From a virus, in IMG/VR virus record IMGVR_UViG_3300009678_001574: a stretch of DNA of 64,000 nucleotides, one strand, 5' to 3'. This document shows positions 39,556 to 50,243 of this stretch, one piece after another. How positions within the stretch are numbered: position 1 is the stretch's first letter; the number at the start of each line of letters is the position of its first letter. The notes under the pieces were generated by a model. It ran no database searches and had not been told where the DNA came from. It was given only the letters and a program-made list of their open reading frames with translations. A program made the position numbers and the translations under genes.

Positions 39556-39855
39556 ATGAAGACGATGCAGGAGTTGGTTGAGGCCATCACGGCCAAGGGT
39601 TTCCCCACGGAGGGCCTGGACGAGAAGCAGGTCCGCGAGCTGGGGCGAGTCCTGAAGCTGGAGGTCCCCCCGAAGGACCGCACGGTGGAGATCACCGAGT
39701 GGAAGGGGCGTCGGTACGTGAAGACCGACGGCTACGTCATCGGCACCAAGGACGGCAAGCCGGAGACGGCGAAGGGCTTGTTCTTGGAGGTCCGTGCCGT
39801 GGAGCAGGCCATCGCGGACTTGCAGGCCGCGCAGGCTCTCTTGGCCCAGGGCTAA
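39556..39855 (+). CDS. GC-rich early-type protein with PC4-like beta module
   Basis: VEITEWKGRRYVKTDG...KGLFLEV; host-like codon usage; AGGAG RBS. Confidence 0.65.
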   Translation: MKTMQELVEAITAKGFPTEGLDEKQVRELGRVLKLEVPPKDRTVEITEWKGRRYVKTDGYVIGTKDGKPETAKGLFLEVRAVEQAIADLQAAQALLAQG

Positions 39856-39898
39856 GAACCCGAATAGGGTAGCTGGGTCTGATTGCCCAGCTACCCCG

Positions 39899-40034
39899 TT
39901 CATCTAAAATTAGTGCTTTGAGTAAATGCGTGGAACGTGTACTTAGTAGGTGAGTAGAGTGCCGTACACTAGACAAGCGCTTGAACCGTAGTCTAAGCTC
40001 CTGCCCATTACTCAAAGCACTAATTTTAGATGAA
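39899..40034. repeat. Perfect 27-bp inverted repeat enclosing 82 bp
   Basis: ttcatctaaaattagtgctttgagtaa (39899-39925) / ttactcaaagcactaattttagatgaa (40008-40034). Confidence 0.95.
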
Positions 40035-40057
40035 TGCTAACAACAAGGAGTGAACAC

Positions 40058-40988
40058 ATGGCTCTCGAAGGCTTGAAGAAACATACACGCAAGATGGGCG
40101 TCAAGGGACAGGGCGATTTGTATGGTGGTTCTGTTAACCATGCGAAGTGGCGCGATGGTGTCGGTCGCTGTGGACACTACGATACTGAGCTGGACTCTGG
40201 CGGATTTTGCCGTGACCAAGACTGCCGGCGTGATAGACTCATCAAGGCACTCAAAGAGGGTCGCGCTCGCAAGTTGGATGACGGTACGCTCATTTGGATT
40301 ACCGCCAATGAGCCTGATGTAGTTGCTCCAGAAGAAATCAAAGAAGCAGAGTAACCAAGGAGAAGGAACATGCCCATTGAACTTGACCCCCGTGTTCGCC
40401 ATTTTCAGGAAGTCAAGCGTAAGAACAAGCTCGCAGCTATCAGGCGCAAGGAAGAGGCCGATAAGCTGAACGGCATTCGTCAGCAAATCAAGTTGGCGAA
40501 TCCTGCCGCGACTGACAATCAGGTAGAGTCTATCCTTCAGGCACATCTGAAGGCTCAAGCAGCCCGGACCATCACTGTGAACAACAAGACCGTCAAGGTC
40601 TACAACAACAACCGCTAGTACAGGGAAAGGAAGAAGTAATGAGCGAGTCCAAGAAGGTTCTTCAGCAGCTCCGAGACATCAAGAAGGGTATGGAGAAGGA
40701 CCCTGATCGTGTCGAAGAGTTCGTCATCGGTGGCAAGCACTTCAGGAACAAGGCGCCCAACATGCGTCTTGGCGACCGAGTTCGTTTCAAGGAGTCGAAG
40801 TAATGGGACGATTCAAGTTCAACCGCCGGGACATGAAAGAGAATCGTCAGAAGAATGCTCTTGCTCAGAAGGAAGAGCGAGCCAAGCGCACTCCACAGCA
40901 ACAGTTGGAGCATCTGGACACCATGTTCGGTGTAGGCCAAGGTGCTGCCAAGGAGCGCGCCCGGCTGAACAAGCAAATCTCAAGTTGA
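40058..40988 (+). CDS. Four small ORFs (40058-40354, 40370-40618, 40639-40803, 40803-40988), several basic
   Basis: Strong RBS, elevated GC. Confidence 0.6.
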
Positions 40989-41232
40989 TCCCGCAGGGCT
41001 GAAGGGGATCTGTGTATGGGGTTCCTAGCTTAACCTACGAAAGCTAGAACTAATATATAGATTAAGGCTAAGGATGCCAAGAGACGACCCGCTCGTGGGC
41101 AAGTAGCACAAGCCCTGAACTCCACACTTAAAAAAGAGACTTGAAGAACTAGAGATAAAAAGCAGTTTGGTGGTTCTGCTTAAAAACCATCACCAATCGA
41201 GTTTGTTTATATCCTTGTGATATAAACTATAT

Positions 41233-41293
41233 GCCGCCCAGGTATTATAGAACCGTCAAGGCGAAAGCCCCAGCATACTAGACGGGCAGCGGC
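41233..41293 (+). promoter_or_regulatory. Structured 5' leader, copy 1
   Basis: GCCGC-CCAGG...CCGUC..GGC-GAAA-GCC-CCAG...GACGG...GCGGC; same architecture at 60551. Confidence 0.55.
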
Positions 41294-41316
41294 TTTTTAC
41301 TTTTGGAGAACACACC

Positions 41317-41775
41317 ATGGCAAAGCGTCCTGTACTCAAGGTCGGTGATGTGGTTCGTCTCTCAAAGAAGGGACTTCGCACTCATCGTCACCAGCGTGCT
41401 CGTTTCGATACGATGGTTGTCCATAAAATCGAAGGCGCGGATGCCAGTGATGGTCATTGTAAGGTGGTCTGCACCTACTTCGAGAATGGTAAAGCCCATC
41501 GCGCCAAGTTTCGTCGGCGTGAGCTTTGGTCCACTGGCTACAATGCTGGTGTGAGCCAGCCTAAGGTCACCGGGATGTTTGGTCCAAAGAACTACGCTGA
41601 CCCTAAGACTGCCAAGACCCTTGGCGCTGTAACTTCCGCAACCAAGCCGGCACAAACTAACGATGGCAGGACTCATTGTATGAGCTGCACTCGACCCACT
41701 GTTTTCATTCCGGGCTTCGGTTCGGGTGGGTACAACATTTGCAAGAATAAGTCTTGCAAGATGTTTGACACTTAA
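41317..41775 (+). CDS. KOW/SH3-like plus C-terminal zinc-finger protein, paralog 1
   Basis: LKVGDVVRLSKKG...LWSTGYN...C..C..PT...ICKN.SC. Confidence 0.7.
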   Translation: MAKRPVLKVGDVVRLSKKGLRTHRHQRARFDTMVVHKIEGADASDGHCKVVCTYFENGKAHRAKFRRRELWSTGYNAGVSQPKVTGMFGPKNYADPKTAKTLGAVTSATKPAQTNDGRTHCMSCTRPTVFIPGFGSGGYNICKNKSCKMFDT

Positions 41776-41789
41776 AAGGAATAATCCTC

Positions 41790-42518
41790 ATGGCGAGGCA
41801 GAAAATACCTTCAAGGAATGCCTCCATGGGTTCCAAAGATGACGAGAGCGTGAGAGTTGCCATCGACGCTCTACAAGAACGGTTTAAGATGGCACTGGCA
41901 CTTACTGTTAGCCTGGACAATGATACATTGTTCTCGGTACTGGCTAGCGTAGATAAGATGCTAGCTCGAAAGTTGCCAGATTTTCACAACAACGCTATGC
42001 TTGATTGGCGAAAGACAATCACGGCAGAGCTGAATGTTCGTGGTATCTATACAGCTTAAATAAATTGGGTACGACAACCTCCATCTCTGAGCGGTCTATC
42101 ATGTACGACGACAGCTCAGGTAAGTTGTTGGAGACTTAAATCGTACGCCTCGACTAGTAAAATAGTCTGTGGAAAGCGGGCCTGTACCTCTCGCGAACAA
42201 CCTCATACGCAAAGGAAGTAAATGCTAGCAATAGTAACAAAAGACGGTCATGAAATACAATGGCATGTAGGAACCCCAGTACCAAAGATGTGGGGCAAGG
42301 GTGGTAGTGAGTATCAAGCTATGGAGCGCATCTATATGCTTCAGGCTGATGGTGATGAGCTGGCCCACGTTCAAAAGACTTTTACAAGTCGCGTAATCAT
42401 GCACTCTCCAGATGGTACGGAACAAATCAACGTGGATGTCCCTAGTCTGCCCATAGCCAATAAGCCAGTAGTTCGCTGGTATGGAGATTTAGCCAAGACG
42501 ATATTCCTAAACCTTTAG
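41790..42518 (+). CDS. Two hypothetical ORFs (41790-42059, 42222-42518)
   Basis: RBS-led ORFs separated by a structured gap. Confidence 0.55.
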
Positions 42519-42523
42519 GAGAA

Positions 42524-42970
42524 ATGATGAAGAGACTTGTTTGTACTCTGTTTGTCTTGCTGATTTCTTGCGGCGGAGACGAACATTCTAAGCCAGACTG
42601 CGACAAAGAAGACCGCGATGGCACCTACAGAGTTACTACTACTTACAACGGTGGCTCTTGTGGTGACTTAGGCACATTCTATGTCCAATTCAGCAAGGGT
42701 GCGGATACTACATACGACTGCATTGTTAATTATGAAGAGTGGACTAACGATGATTGCACCCTTCAACGTAATCTGACGTGTACAGTTCTGGTGCATGACA
42801 GCGGCACAGGTACAACTTCCACTGTCACAGTGGATTGGAACCAGACTTCAACCCAACAGGACGATAGTGGTGGTGTGTTTTACGCCAACGTAAGCATGAC
42901 TCAACGCGGTGGCAGCGGATTCAACTGCTCTGGAACATACTTCTTTACTTATACTCGTGTGAGCCGGTGA
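42524..42970 (+). CDS. Lipoprotein with Cys-containing extracellular domain
   Basis: MMKRL-hydrophobic-LISC-GGD lipobox. Confidence 0.7.
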   Translation: MMKRLVCTLFVLLISCGGDEHSKPDCDKEDRDGTYRVTTTYNGGSCGDLGTFYVQFSKGADTTYDCIVNYEEWTNDDCTLQRNLTCTVLVHDSGTGTTSTVTVDWNQTSTQQDDSGGVFYANVSMTQRGGSGFNCSGTYFFTYTRVSR

Positions 42971-45351
42971 ATAGTAGAGTTAGGCGTTTCCTGATAGCTT
43001 TGGCCGTGTGGCTGGGAATCATTCCTCAGACGCTTCTGTTTATCGCTGCTTGGGCTTGGGCTCCTGATTGGTACTGGCGAGTCGTATTGACCCTGCTTTT
43101 GTTGGTGCTAGTAATACTACCGCCAGTCCTATACGCCCTTTGGCCTAGGAATGTCGATGAAGCTACAAATAGTAAAGGGGTTTCAAAAGACAAGTGAGGT
43201 CTTTGTTTCTCCTGAGCACAAATCTAGCGGGTTCTTATGCTTCAACGTAATAGTAGGAAGCGTTAGCCGGTCCGACTTGCGTTCGTTTTTCGGACCACTG
43301 ACTGGTGATGAGGTCTTCCTGCACCTAGAAGATACTCATTGGGCCAATCTACTTAAAACTCTGGGCATCTTTCCTTCCGCCGGGCAAGCTAGAAAGAACG
43401 GCTGGGACAAAGAGATACCTGTAGGCTTTAGCGAGGCTTCATTTAAGAAGCAGCGAACAGTAGTATTCGTATTTCGCCAGCCTCTTGGTAGCTGGGACAA
43501 AGCCAAGGAGAAGTTATGGACCGCCGCGCAAAGATTTACAAACGCTATCTCAAGGCACTGGAGACTTTTATGGAAGCCAACAGAAGCAAAGCAGCCGTAG
43601 AGGTTCGTCATGCTCATAGCCTAAACGAACTAGCTACTCTAGATACTGCTCTGGTAATTCAAACAACCGGCGAAGTAGAGACGGAAGAGTTGATGGTGGT
43701 CATTCCGCCACTCAAGCCTGATGAGCGTAAGTTCTTTTGTAGTGGCTGGGCGCGTAAGTCTGGTCTGGTTAATGTACCGGCTTTGGAGAACCGATAATGG
43801 CATCTGGAAGCATCAAACTTTCTACGGAAGAGTTGATGAAGCTACTCTCCAAGGCTATTAGCGAGTCCTTCGGTCAGGTAGAGGTCAAAGAGATTGTCTT
43901 GTTTGACCGAAATTACAACCACCTCAACATCCTTCACTTCGATTCGGCTGAAGTTCAGTTCGAGAAGTAGTAAGTTCCTCCGGGCTGGTAGGAGGCTAGA
44001 TATTAAACACTAGTGAAAGGAGCGCAAGCCTCGCTCCGAGTAACAATATGGTCGCCAATGAAGCGTAAAAGCGGTCAGATTGAGAAGGTCAAGAACTTCC
44101 TTTACCAAATGGGAGCTTGGTCGCCTTACACTTTGGGCTCTGGTGCTGTCAAGGCGCGTCGTAAGTTTCGCAAGATTAAGCGTATGGCTTTCGAGCGCTG
44201 TCCTGAGTACAAAGCGGACGGTGCTTTCATTGCCATCTACCACGCTTTTCGCCTCGTTAAGTTCGATAGGTACGGGCGGTATTGGGAAGACCTGCGTAAG
44301 TGCTTTCCCAAACAGAGCTGGGACAATACAACTAACAAGCTGGTACATACTCCGTCTGACTTCAAGCGTGACCAGTGTAGGAAGTGGAGTTTGAACGGTC
44401 CAATTCTGGCGCCAAAGGAAGATAATGCTAACGCCCAAGTATAAGATAGGTGATAAGGCTTATAAAGGCTTTCTCACTTCAGACCCGCCAGACTGTCCTA
44501 CCTGTCACCAGCCTAACTACGGTGACGATGCTGATATGCGCTGGAAGGTATCAGTCCAAGAATCGACCATTATCGGCATCATGATTCGAGAAGGTATCCG
44601 GGAGTGCGAGGATGGTGTGTACTACCAGCTCGACACGGAACACTGGGTGCTTGCGGAGGACGATTTCCACGCTACTCATGCGGAGGCTTTAGAGGCCATC
44701 AATAAGTACAAGGAAGAAAGTCGTGAGCGGGCTAGAGAAACACACAAAGAGCTTGAAGAGTATTCACGCTCCAAAGGCTCAGCAGGTTAACGGTCTAACT
44801 GCTACGTGTAAGAATATACCTTTAGAGACTTACATACGAGCCATTAAGTCTCTGCGGCGAGAAGGGTTCATTTCTAAGTCGCGGGCTATCTGGGTACTGA
44901 AGGTGATTCGTAAGGCCAAGGGAATCTCCTATACAGAATTCATGGCACTATATAGGAGGACTAAGTAATGCGAGTGATGTCTTGGCTAAAGACCATGTTC
45001 TTCAAACCCAAAGAAATGAAGTTGTCTTGTAGACCGGAATGCAAGTATTGCACCGATATGGAAGACAAGTACTACCCATCCGCTAGAGAGATGGTCTGTC
45101 AGCCAAGGTGTGTTTATTGTAATCCGTAGGGAGGGCCAGTGATGCGTGCTGTAATAGGGGCACTTTTAGCAGTTGTTCTTTCCTGTAGTGATGAATCCGG
45201 TAGGAAGGCAGCCGAGGAACTAGCCAATAGCCTTGTGTGTGCCTGGAATAAAGAGCACGCCTTGTGTGTATGCTATCATCAACCACCAGCAACCTGGGCG
45301 ACACATCAAGAGTCCGGTATTCTGGTGCCTGACCGCGTTTGTAAGAAGTGA
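42967..45351 (+). CDS. Small hypothetical ORFs (42967-43197 membrane, 43157-43600, 44013-44444, 44425-44790, 45139-45351 lipoprotein-like, and others)
   Basis: Coupled + strand ORFs. Confidence 0.5.
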
Positions 45352-45800
45352 GCTTGGGTGGGCTGTTGCGGAATGGGCACCGAGCGCTGCTCTTTAATGA
45401 GTCTCCGGTGGGTAGTCAGCCCCACCACAGTCTTTCCCAAATAGAGGACTGAATAGTCCATACATACGGTCCTAAGGGCTCTACGGGTGAAAGCAAAGCC
45501 AGCAGGCGCTATAGCTGGTGAGACTGTAGTGAGGTTGTACAGCCCACGCACTCGGTATCTCTTGGGGAATCGCCGCTGGTTAGAGGGCCAGACACCTCTG
45601 ATTGGGTTAGTCGGCACCATTGACGGCTGTTCTGGAGCCACCAGCTACTGGAGAGTGTAGCTAGACTATGATTAAAGGCATGGTCATGGTCGAAAAATTG
45701 ATAATGGCTCAAAGAAGGTGAGAAGCCTTCTACTTTTCGGTCAGTTAAGTATTAAGGTACGGCAGCATTGGGTGCTGCCGGCGCTTGGTAGTTAAGCGCC
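45352..45800 (+). ncRNA. Candidate structured ncRNA in long intergenic gap
   Basis: Helices 45358-66/45539-47, 45379-84/45551-56 (pseudoknotted), 45400-05/45520-25, many local hairpins. Confidence 0.45.
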
Positions 45801-45823
45801 AGTTCAAGGTAAGGACTCAAGTA

Positions 45824-46877
45824 ATGACTTTCAGACTCACAGACCTGCCAGTAGAGCCCAATCATGATGAAATGACCTGCTCGTATATGTCGCAAGTCAA
45901 GCAAGTGAATAGCGTAGAAGCTCTCAAGGCTCACGTAGACAAGTGGAAGGCCCTGTGGAACCTGGATGTTCCTCCTGGCATGAAGGTGACTCAAGAAGAA
46001 TTGAATCTCGCTAATGGCACATTCGACGCTGAAGCCGCTTTTGCTTGCGTTAAGAGGTGCTACGAGCCTGATGGACATTGCGGGCATACTTCGCCGTCGT
46101 GTTACGGTATGCACATCGTTCTTCCGCCAGTTCTTTTGTTCGCCCATCTAATCGGAAAAGAATACGGAGTGCCCACTGATATCGCCGTTATTCAAATGTG
46201 CGGTGGTTATGGGGCTTTGGAGCGATGAAGATTCGCTGGTGGAGAGTATTTGCGCTGCTTGTTGGCAGCACCCTTTGTGCTGGTATCTTAGCCAGTTTTG
46301 GTGTGAGCTTTTGGTGGCGCTGTGCTGCTATGCAGGTGCCGCTGATGATTGCGGTTTGGCTGACTAAGCCTGTAACTTGGGAGGAATCATGACAACATTT
46401 TTGATTATGTTGGTGCTAGGTGCGCCGGGCAATGAATGTCCGTTTAACGCGGTGTGTGCTACTAGCCATAACGGCGCGCCTGCAACGGCGACTATTACTC
46501 TCTCGGCCACCATTGTTTCTGCTAAGGCACTCACGATGGATATTCAGCCTCTGGAAGTGAAAGAAGCCTATGCTGTAAATCTCTCCGGTATTACGACTGG
46601 CATTCCAGATGCCGCTACTGTCCAAGAACGGTATCTTGTCATCGACGATGCACCGTCGTCAGAAGAGCCCTTGGTGTTCGCACTGGAAGACCACAGCATT
46701 AGCTACTCAAACCCTCGAAATGTCTTCGTGATGAATATCCCTAACGGTATGGATATGCCGAAGGGTAAAGAACTTGTAGCTATGGTAGACGCTGTGATGC
46801 TAGTAAAGAATCCGGCAGTCTGGCTGGCTTCCGTTAGAACTAAACACAAGTCAAAGAGAGCTACAAGCAGGCGATGA
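45824..46877 (+). CDS. Hypothetical ORFs (45824-46228, small membrane ORF, 46389-46877 secreted)
   Basis: Signal peptide MTTFLIMLVLGAPG in last ORF. Confidence 0.5.
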
Positions 46878-47131
46878 GCTTAGTTCCTTGCCCCGATTGT
46901 AAGACAAGCGAGTTCGTATCAGCGAACGAACATGCAGACAGCAAGTATGCATGTATGTTTTGGAATGTTGCTTGTAAGAACCCAGCTTGTCAACAGCAAT
47001 GGTGGCCTAAGAAACATATGCCACGCTGTACTTATAACTTCGATAGTAAAGAAAAAGCTATCGAAGCCTGGAATAAAGAACAAAACTTCAACTTCGCCTT
47101 CTCCACAGGCGGTCAGTGGACAGGAGACTAG
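46874..47131 (+). CDS. Lar-like restriction-alleviation zinc-ribbon protein
   Basis: L.PCPDC ... V.C....C ... ..E.AIEAWN. Confidence 0.55.
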   Translation: MSLVPCPDCKTSEFVSANEHADSKYACMFWNVACKNPACQQQWWPKKHMPRCTYNFDSKEKAIEAWNKEQNFNFAFSTGGQWTGD

Positions 47132-47132
47132 C

Positions 47133-47555
47133 GTGGATCATCGCCTATCTGGTGCCGATAGAGCTAAGCATACAAAGTTTGATGAAAGAACTATGATGCT
47201 TGAAGCCATCCTCGAAACGGACGAAGGCGAAGAGGTCTACTACTTCCCAACCAAGTATGAAGTATGCCCTACCTGTGACGGTAAGGGCTCGCATGTAAAT
47301 CCGAGCATCGACTCACATGGCATTACATCTGATGAATGGCAAAACGACTGGAGCCATGAAGAGCAAGAAGAGTATATGTCGGGTGGTTATGATGTATCTT
47401 GCTACGAGTGTTCTGGTAAGCGTGTCGTTCCGGTAGTAGATGAAGACAAGTGTAGTGACGAATTGAAAAGCAAGGTCGCCGCATGGCACAAACAACTCGC
47501 TGACCTAGCTGCCTACGATGCTCAAAGTCGCAGAGAGCAGGAAATGGGCTACTAG
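47133..47555 (+). CDS. DnaJ-type zinc-finger protein
   Basis: CPTCDGKG and CYECSGK; start re-assigned to GTG 47133. Confidence 0.55.
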   Translation: MDHRLSGADRAKHTKFDERTMMLEAILETDEGEEVYYFPTKYEVCPTCDGKGSHVNPSIDSHGITSDEWQNDWSHEEQEEYMSGGYDVSCYECSGKRVVPVVDEDKCSDELKSKVAAWHKQLADLAAYDAQSRREQEMGY

Positions 47556-47920
47556 CATGACAGATGTTACTAAGAACTTGAAAGAAAAAATCTCTAGAAA
47601 GATGTTTCAAGTGAGCGCTATAGCTTGCAATGTCTCTAGTGCTTTGAGTGAAGCCAACCAAAACTCGCTGTTGTCTGACTTGGCTGAAATCCAGAAATGC
47701 TGCGTCGAAGCTGCTACTGCTTTTAAGACCATGCAGACTACCTATACAGCTGAGCAACACGCACAACAACTGCCTGATGTTCATACGGAACATTGTTGTA
47801 AGTTGTGTGGTTGTAAATACGGAGACGACACCGTAGATGATGAAGGCTATGTACGTTGTTCCGTAGCCAACGATAGTAAGAAACAAACTTACCCTTGTAG
47901 AGACCACTGTAGATTTTAGG

Positions 47921-48406
47921 TTGCATAACGTGAGTCACACGATTCTAGCCCCTGAATATACGAAGCAAGTGTTTGTTCATAAATCTCTAAAAGCACTAGT
48001 GAAAAAGGTGCTCCCTAAAGTACGAAGTCTGAAAAGGTCGCTAAAGTTCAATGCTCTGGCAGTTCGTGGACACAGCGGTATCATTGTGGGAACCGTATTG
48101 TCTTATCAAACAGGCATACCTCTTCTGGTAGTTCGCAAACCTGGAGAGTCACGTCACGATTCACTTCACGTTAATGGCAATATCCCTAATGAGTGTCGGT
48201 ACCTAATAGTGGACGATTTGATTTCTACTGGAAGTACGATACGCTTTATAAGTAATAAACTTAAAGAGGCGACTACTTTCAAAGGGCTGAAGACTCCAAC
48301 GTTGGTTGGCATTCTACTCTATTACGAGTCTTACAATCGCGCATCCTTTCAATGCGATAGTGATAGTGAACTCGTACCTGTCTATAACATGAAGGGCGCA
48401 GGATAA
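47921..48406 (+). CDS. Type I phosphoribosyltransferase
   Basis: LIVDDLISTGST PRPP-binding motif; VRGHSG, VVRK. Confidence 0.85.
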   Translation: MHNVSHTILAPEYTKQVFVHKSLKALVKKVLPKVRSLKRSLKFNALAVRGHSGIIVGTVLSYQTGIPLLVVRKPGESRHDSLHVNGNIPNECRYLIVDDLISTGSTIRFISNKLKEATTFKGLKTPTLVGILLYYESYNRASFQCDSDSELVPVYNMKGAG

Positions 48407-48410
48407 ACAA

Positions 48411-49507
48411 ATGTCAGAAATTAAACCGGCAATTAAACAAGTAGTAGTTTCAACCCCAGAAGTCAAGCGACCAGATATGGTTGTTGACTCCGAATCCTCG
48501 CTGCATGGTTTTGAGCAAGCCACAAAGCAATGTGTGTGGCATCTTGGCAGTGTGTGCTTTGGCGATAAATTTACTGCGAGTTTGTTTTCTGGACAACTCA
48601 AGGTTCCTATTTGCCAGCATCATATGGATGGGCACAGAGTCATTATGACTATTGCCTCCAAGATGACTGATAAACAAAGAAAAAAGGCTCTGGAAGCTGT
48701 TTTGGAGATGACGGAAGAGGACCGTCTGAGTCTTGTCCGTAGTCGTGGTTACAAACTGGTTCCCTGGAGTGAGGTGTAAAGTGTTGCCATTGATTCTCTC
48801 TGCTTCGTTGATGGCTTCTGCTGGAAACTTTTCTCTTATCGGCCCGAACTGTGAAGAGCAACAGGCAGATACCAAGAAGTATTATGGTTCTGCTCTGGTT
48901 GGTGTGGTCTTCCTCTTCGGCGGGGTTCTTCTACTGGAGCGCGATCACCGCGGCATGGGTGGATTTGCTCTAGGCGTTGGCACTCCTCTTGCTGGTTTGG
49001 GGCTTGCCGGGATGTTTGAACTGTATAAGTGGTGATGTCTTGAAGTATCAAGATATGGTCTTTAAGAAGGACAAGAGCGGCAAGTTTAAGTCCAAGGTTG
49101 TTACGCTTACCACTAAGATGAAGGTGGCTTGTGAGCTGTGCTATCCCAAAGGCGAAGAACTTGGTTGGATAGGCAATCTACTTCTTATTCGTTTTCGTAA
49201 GAAGTTCATTCTACTTCAAGCTCCATTTCACAGAGACGAGGTTTATACTTTTCCAAGCAAGCCCAAGGCTGAACCCAAGATGGGAAAGCCTGCCCCAAAG
49301 GGAAAGAAAAGTGCTTGGGTAAGGTGGGCTGAGGAGGTTGATGCTATGAATCTCGGTGTTGCTTCGCTTCTTGGTATTGGAGGAACACACGAGTTTGCAA
49401 GCAGTCTCATTAAGCACAAAGTATGGTCTGGAAAGGGTCCAGCCAGAGATTCCGTGTATTTGAAAGCCGCCTCTTTAATACGCAAGTGGGAAAAGAAAAA
49501 GTCATGA
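48411..49507 (+). CDS. Hypothetical ORFs (48411-48779, small membrane ORF to 49035, 49055-49507)
   Basis: Coupled ORFs. Confidence 0.5.
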
Positions 49508-50013
49508 AAATTCTTCTCGCAATTCTTGCTTCGATGTACAGCTTCAAGGCTCAAGCAGATAGTGGCAGTCTACTTACTGCTGGCTTCGGAGCTTCGCTTG
49601 GTGCACAACAGAGTTTCGAGTATGAGTCCAGCGCCTTCATAGAGGGCAAGGTTCGGCTTCGCGCCTTGAAAGGCCTAGGCTTAGAAGCTGCATATAATCC
49701 CATGGTACTCAAACAAGATGGACCGAAGTACGATTCGACTATCAAAGTGTTTGGACTTGTCCATGTAGTTCCTCTGACGCCCGTTGGAGCCTATGTAAAG
49801 GTCGGTGTTGGTTCGGCTGACTTTAGAACTCTCTTCAAAGATGATTTGACCGCTTCGTATCATCTAGGCCTTGGTGCTAACTACTACTTTGGAGACAACC
49901 TGGCTGTAGGCTGTGAGGGAGTAGCATCCTTTCCGAGTTTCAGAAGTATGGATGATGGCTTTGGCGCTCAACGGCGATACAAGTTTTCAGCCGACATCTT
50001 CTATTATCTTTAA
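49504..50013 (+). CDS. Outer-membrane beta-barrel protein (OmpA/Ail-like)
   Basis: Signal peptide (AQA), alternating amphipathic strands, YVKVGVG, LGLGANYYF, terminal aromatic FYYL. Confidence 0.75.
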   Translation: MKILLAILASMYSFKAQADSGSLLTAGFGASLGAQQSFEYESSAFIEGKVRLRALKGLGLEAAYNPMVLKQDGPKYDSTIKVFGLVHVVPLTPVGAYVKVGVGSADFRTLFKDDLTASYHLGLGANYYFGDNLAVGCEGVASFPSFRSMDDGFGAQRRYKFSADIFYYL

Positions 50014-50017
50014 ATTT

Positions 50018-50100
50018 GGGTAGATGGCAGAGCGGCAATTGCAGGAGACTGTAAATCTCCCGCTTCGGCTTCGGAGGTTCGAGTCCTTCTCTACCCACCA
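50018..50100 (+). tRNA. tRNA-Tyr(GUA)
   Basis: GGGTAGA/TCTACCC acceptor, GGAGA-CTGTAAA-TCTCC anticodon arm, long variable arm, GGTTCGAGTCC, encoded CCA. Confidence 0.95.
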
Positions 50101-50105
50101 CTTGT

Positions 50106-50232
50106 GCCCTTGTAGTTCAATTCTTAGAGCAACGCTGCCTGGTAGCTTCGGCTGCTAATAGGGTGGGAGTTTGATCACTCTCTTCGGTCTTCGAGGCGTA
50201 GATATATGGTGTAAATCCTTTCAGGGGCTCCA
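50106..50232 (+). ncRNA. tRNA-like RNA with 58-nt structured insert in anticodon arm
   Basis: Acceptor GCCCTTG/CAGGGGC+T+CCA, D arm GTTC/GAGC, ACGCT/GGCGT stem enclosing two hairpins, degenerate T arm. Confidence 0.6.
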
Positions 50233-50243
50233 ATCGAGGAAAC

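Noticed and set aside
41233-41293. c-di-GMP-I or ZTP riboswitch
   Set aside because: Only short words match (GGCGAAAGCC, GGCAGCGG); the required paired architecture is absent, and the second copy at 60551 lacks them.
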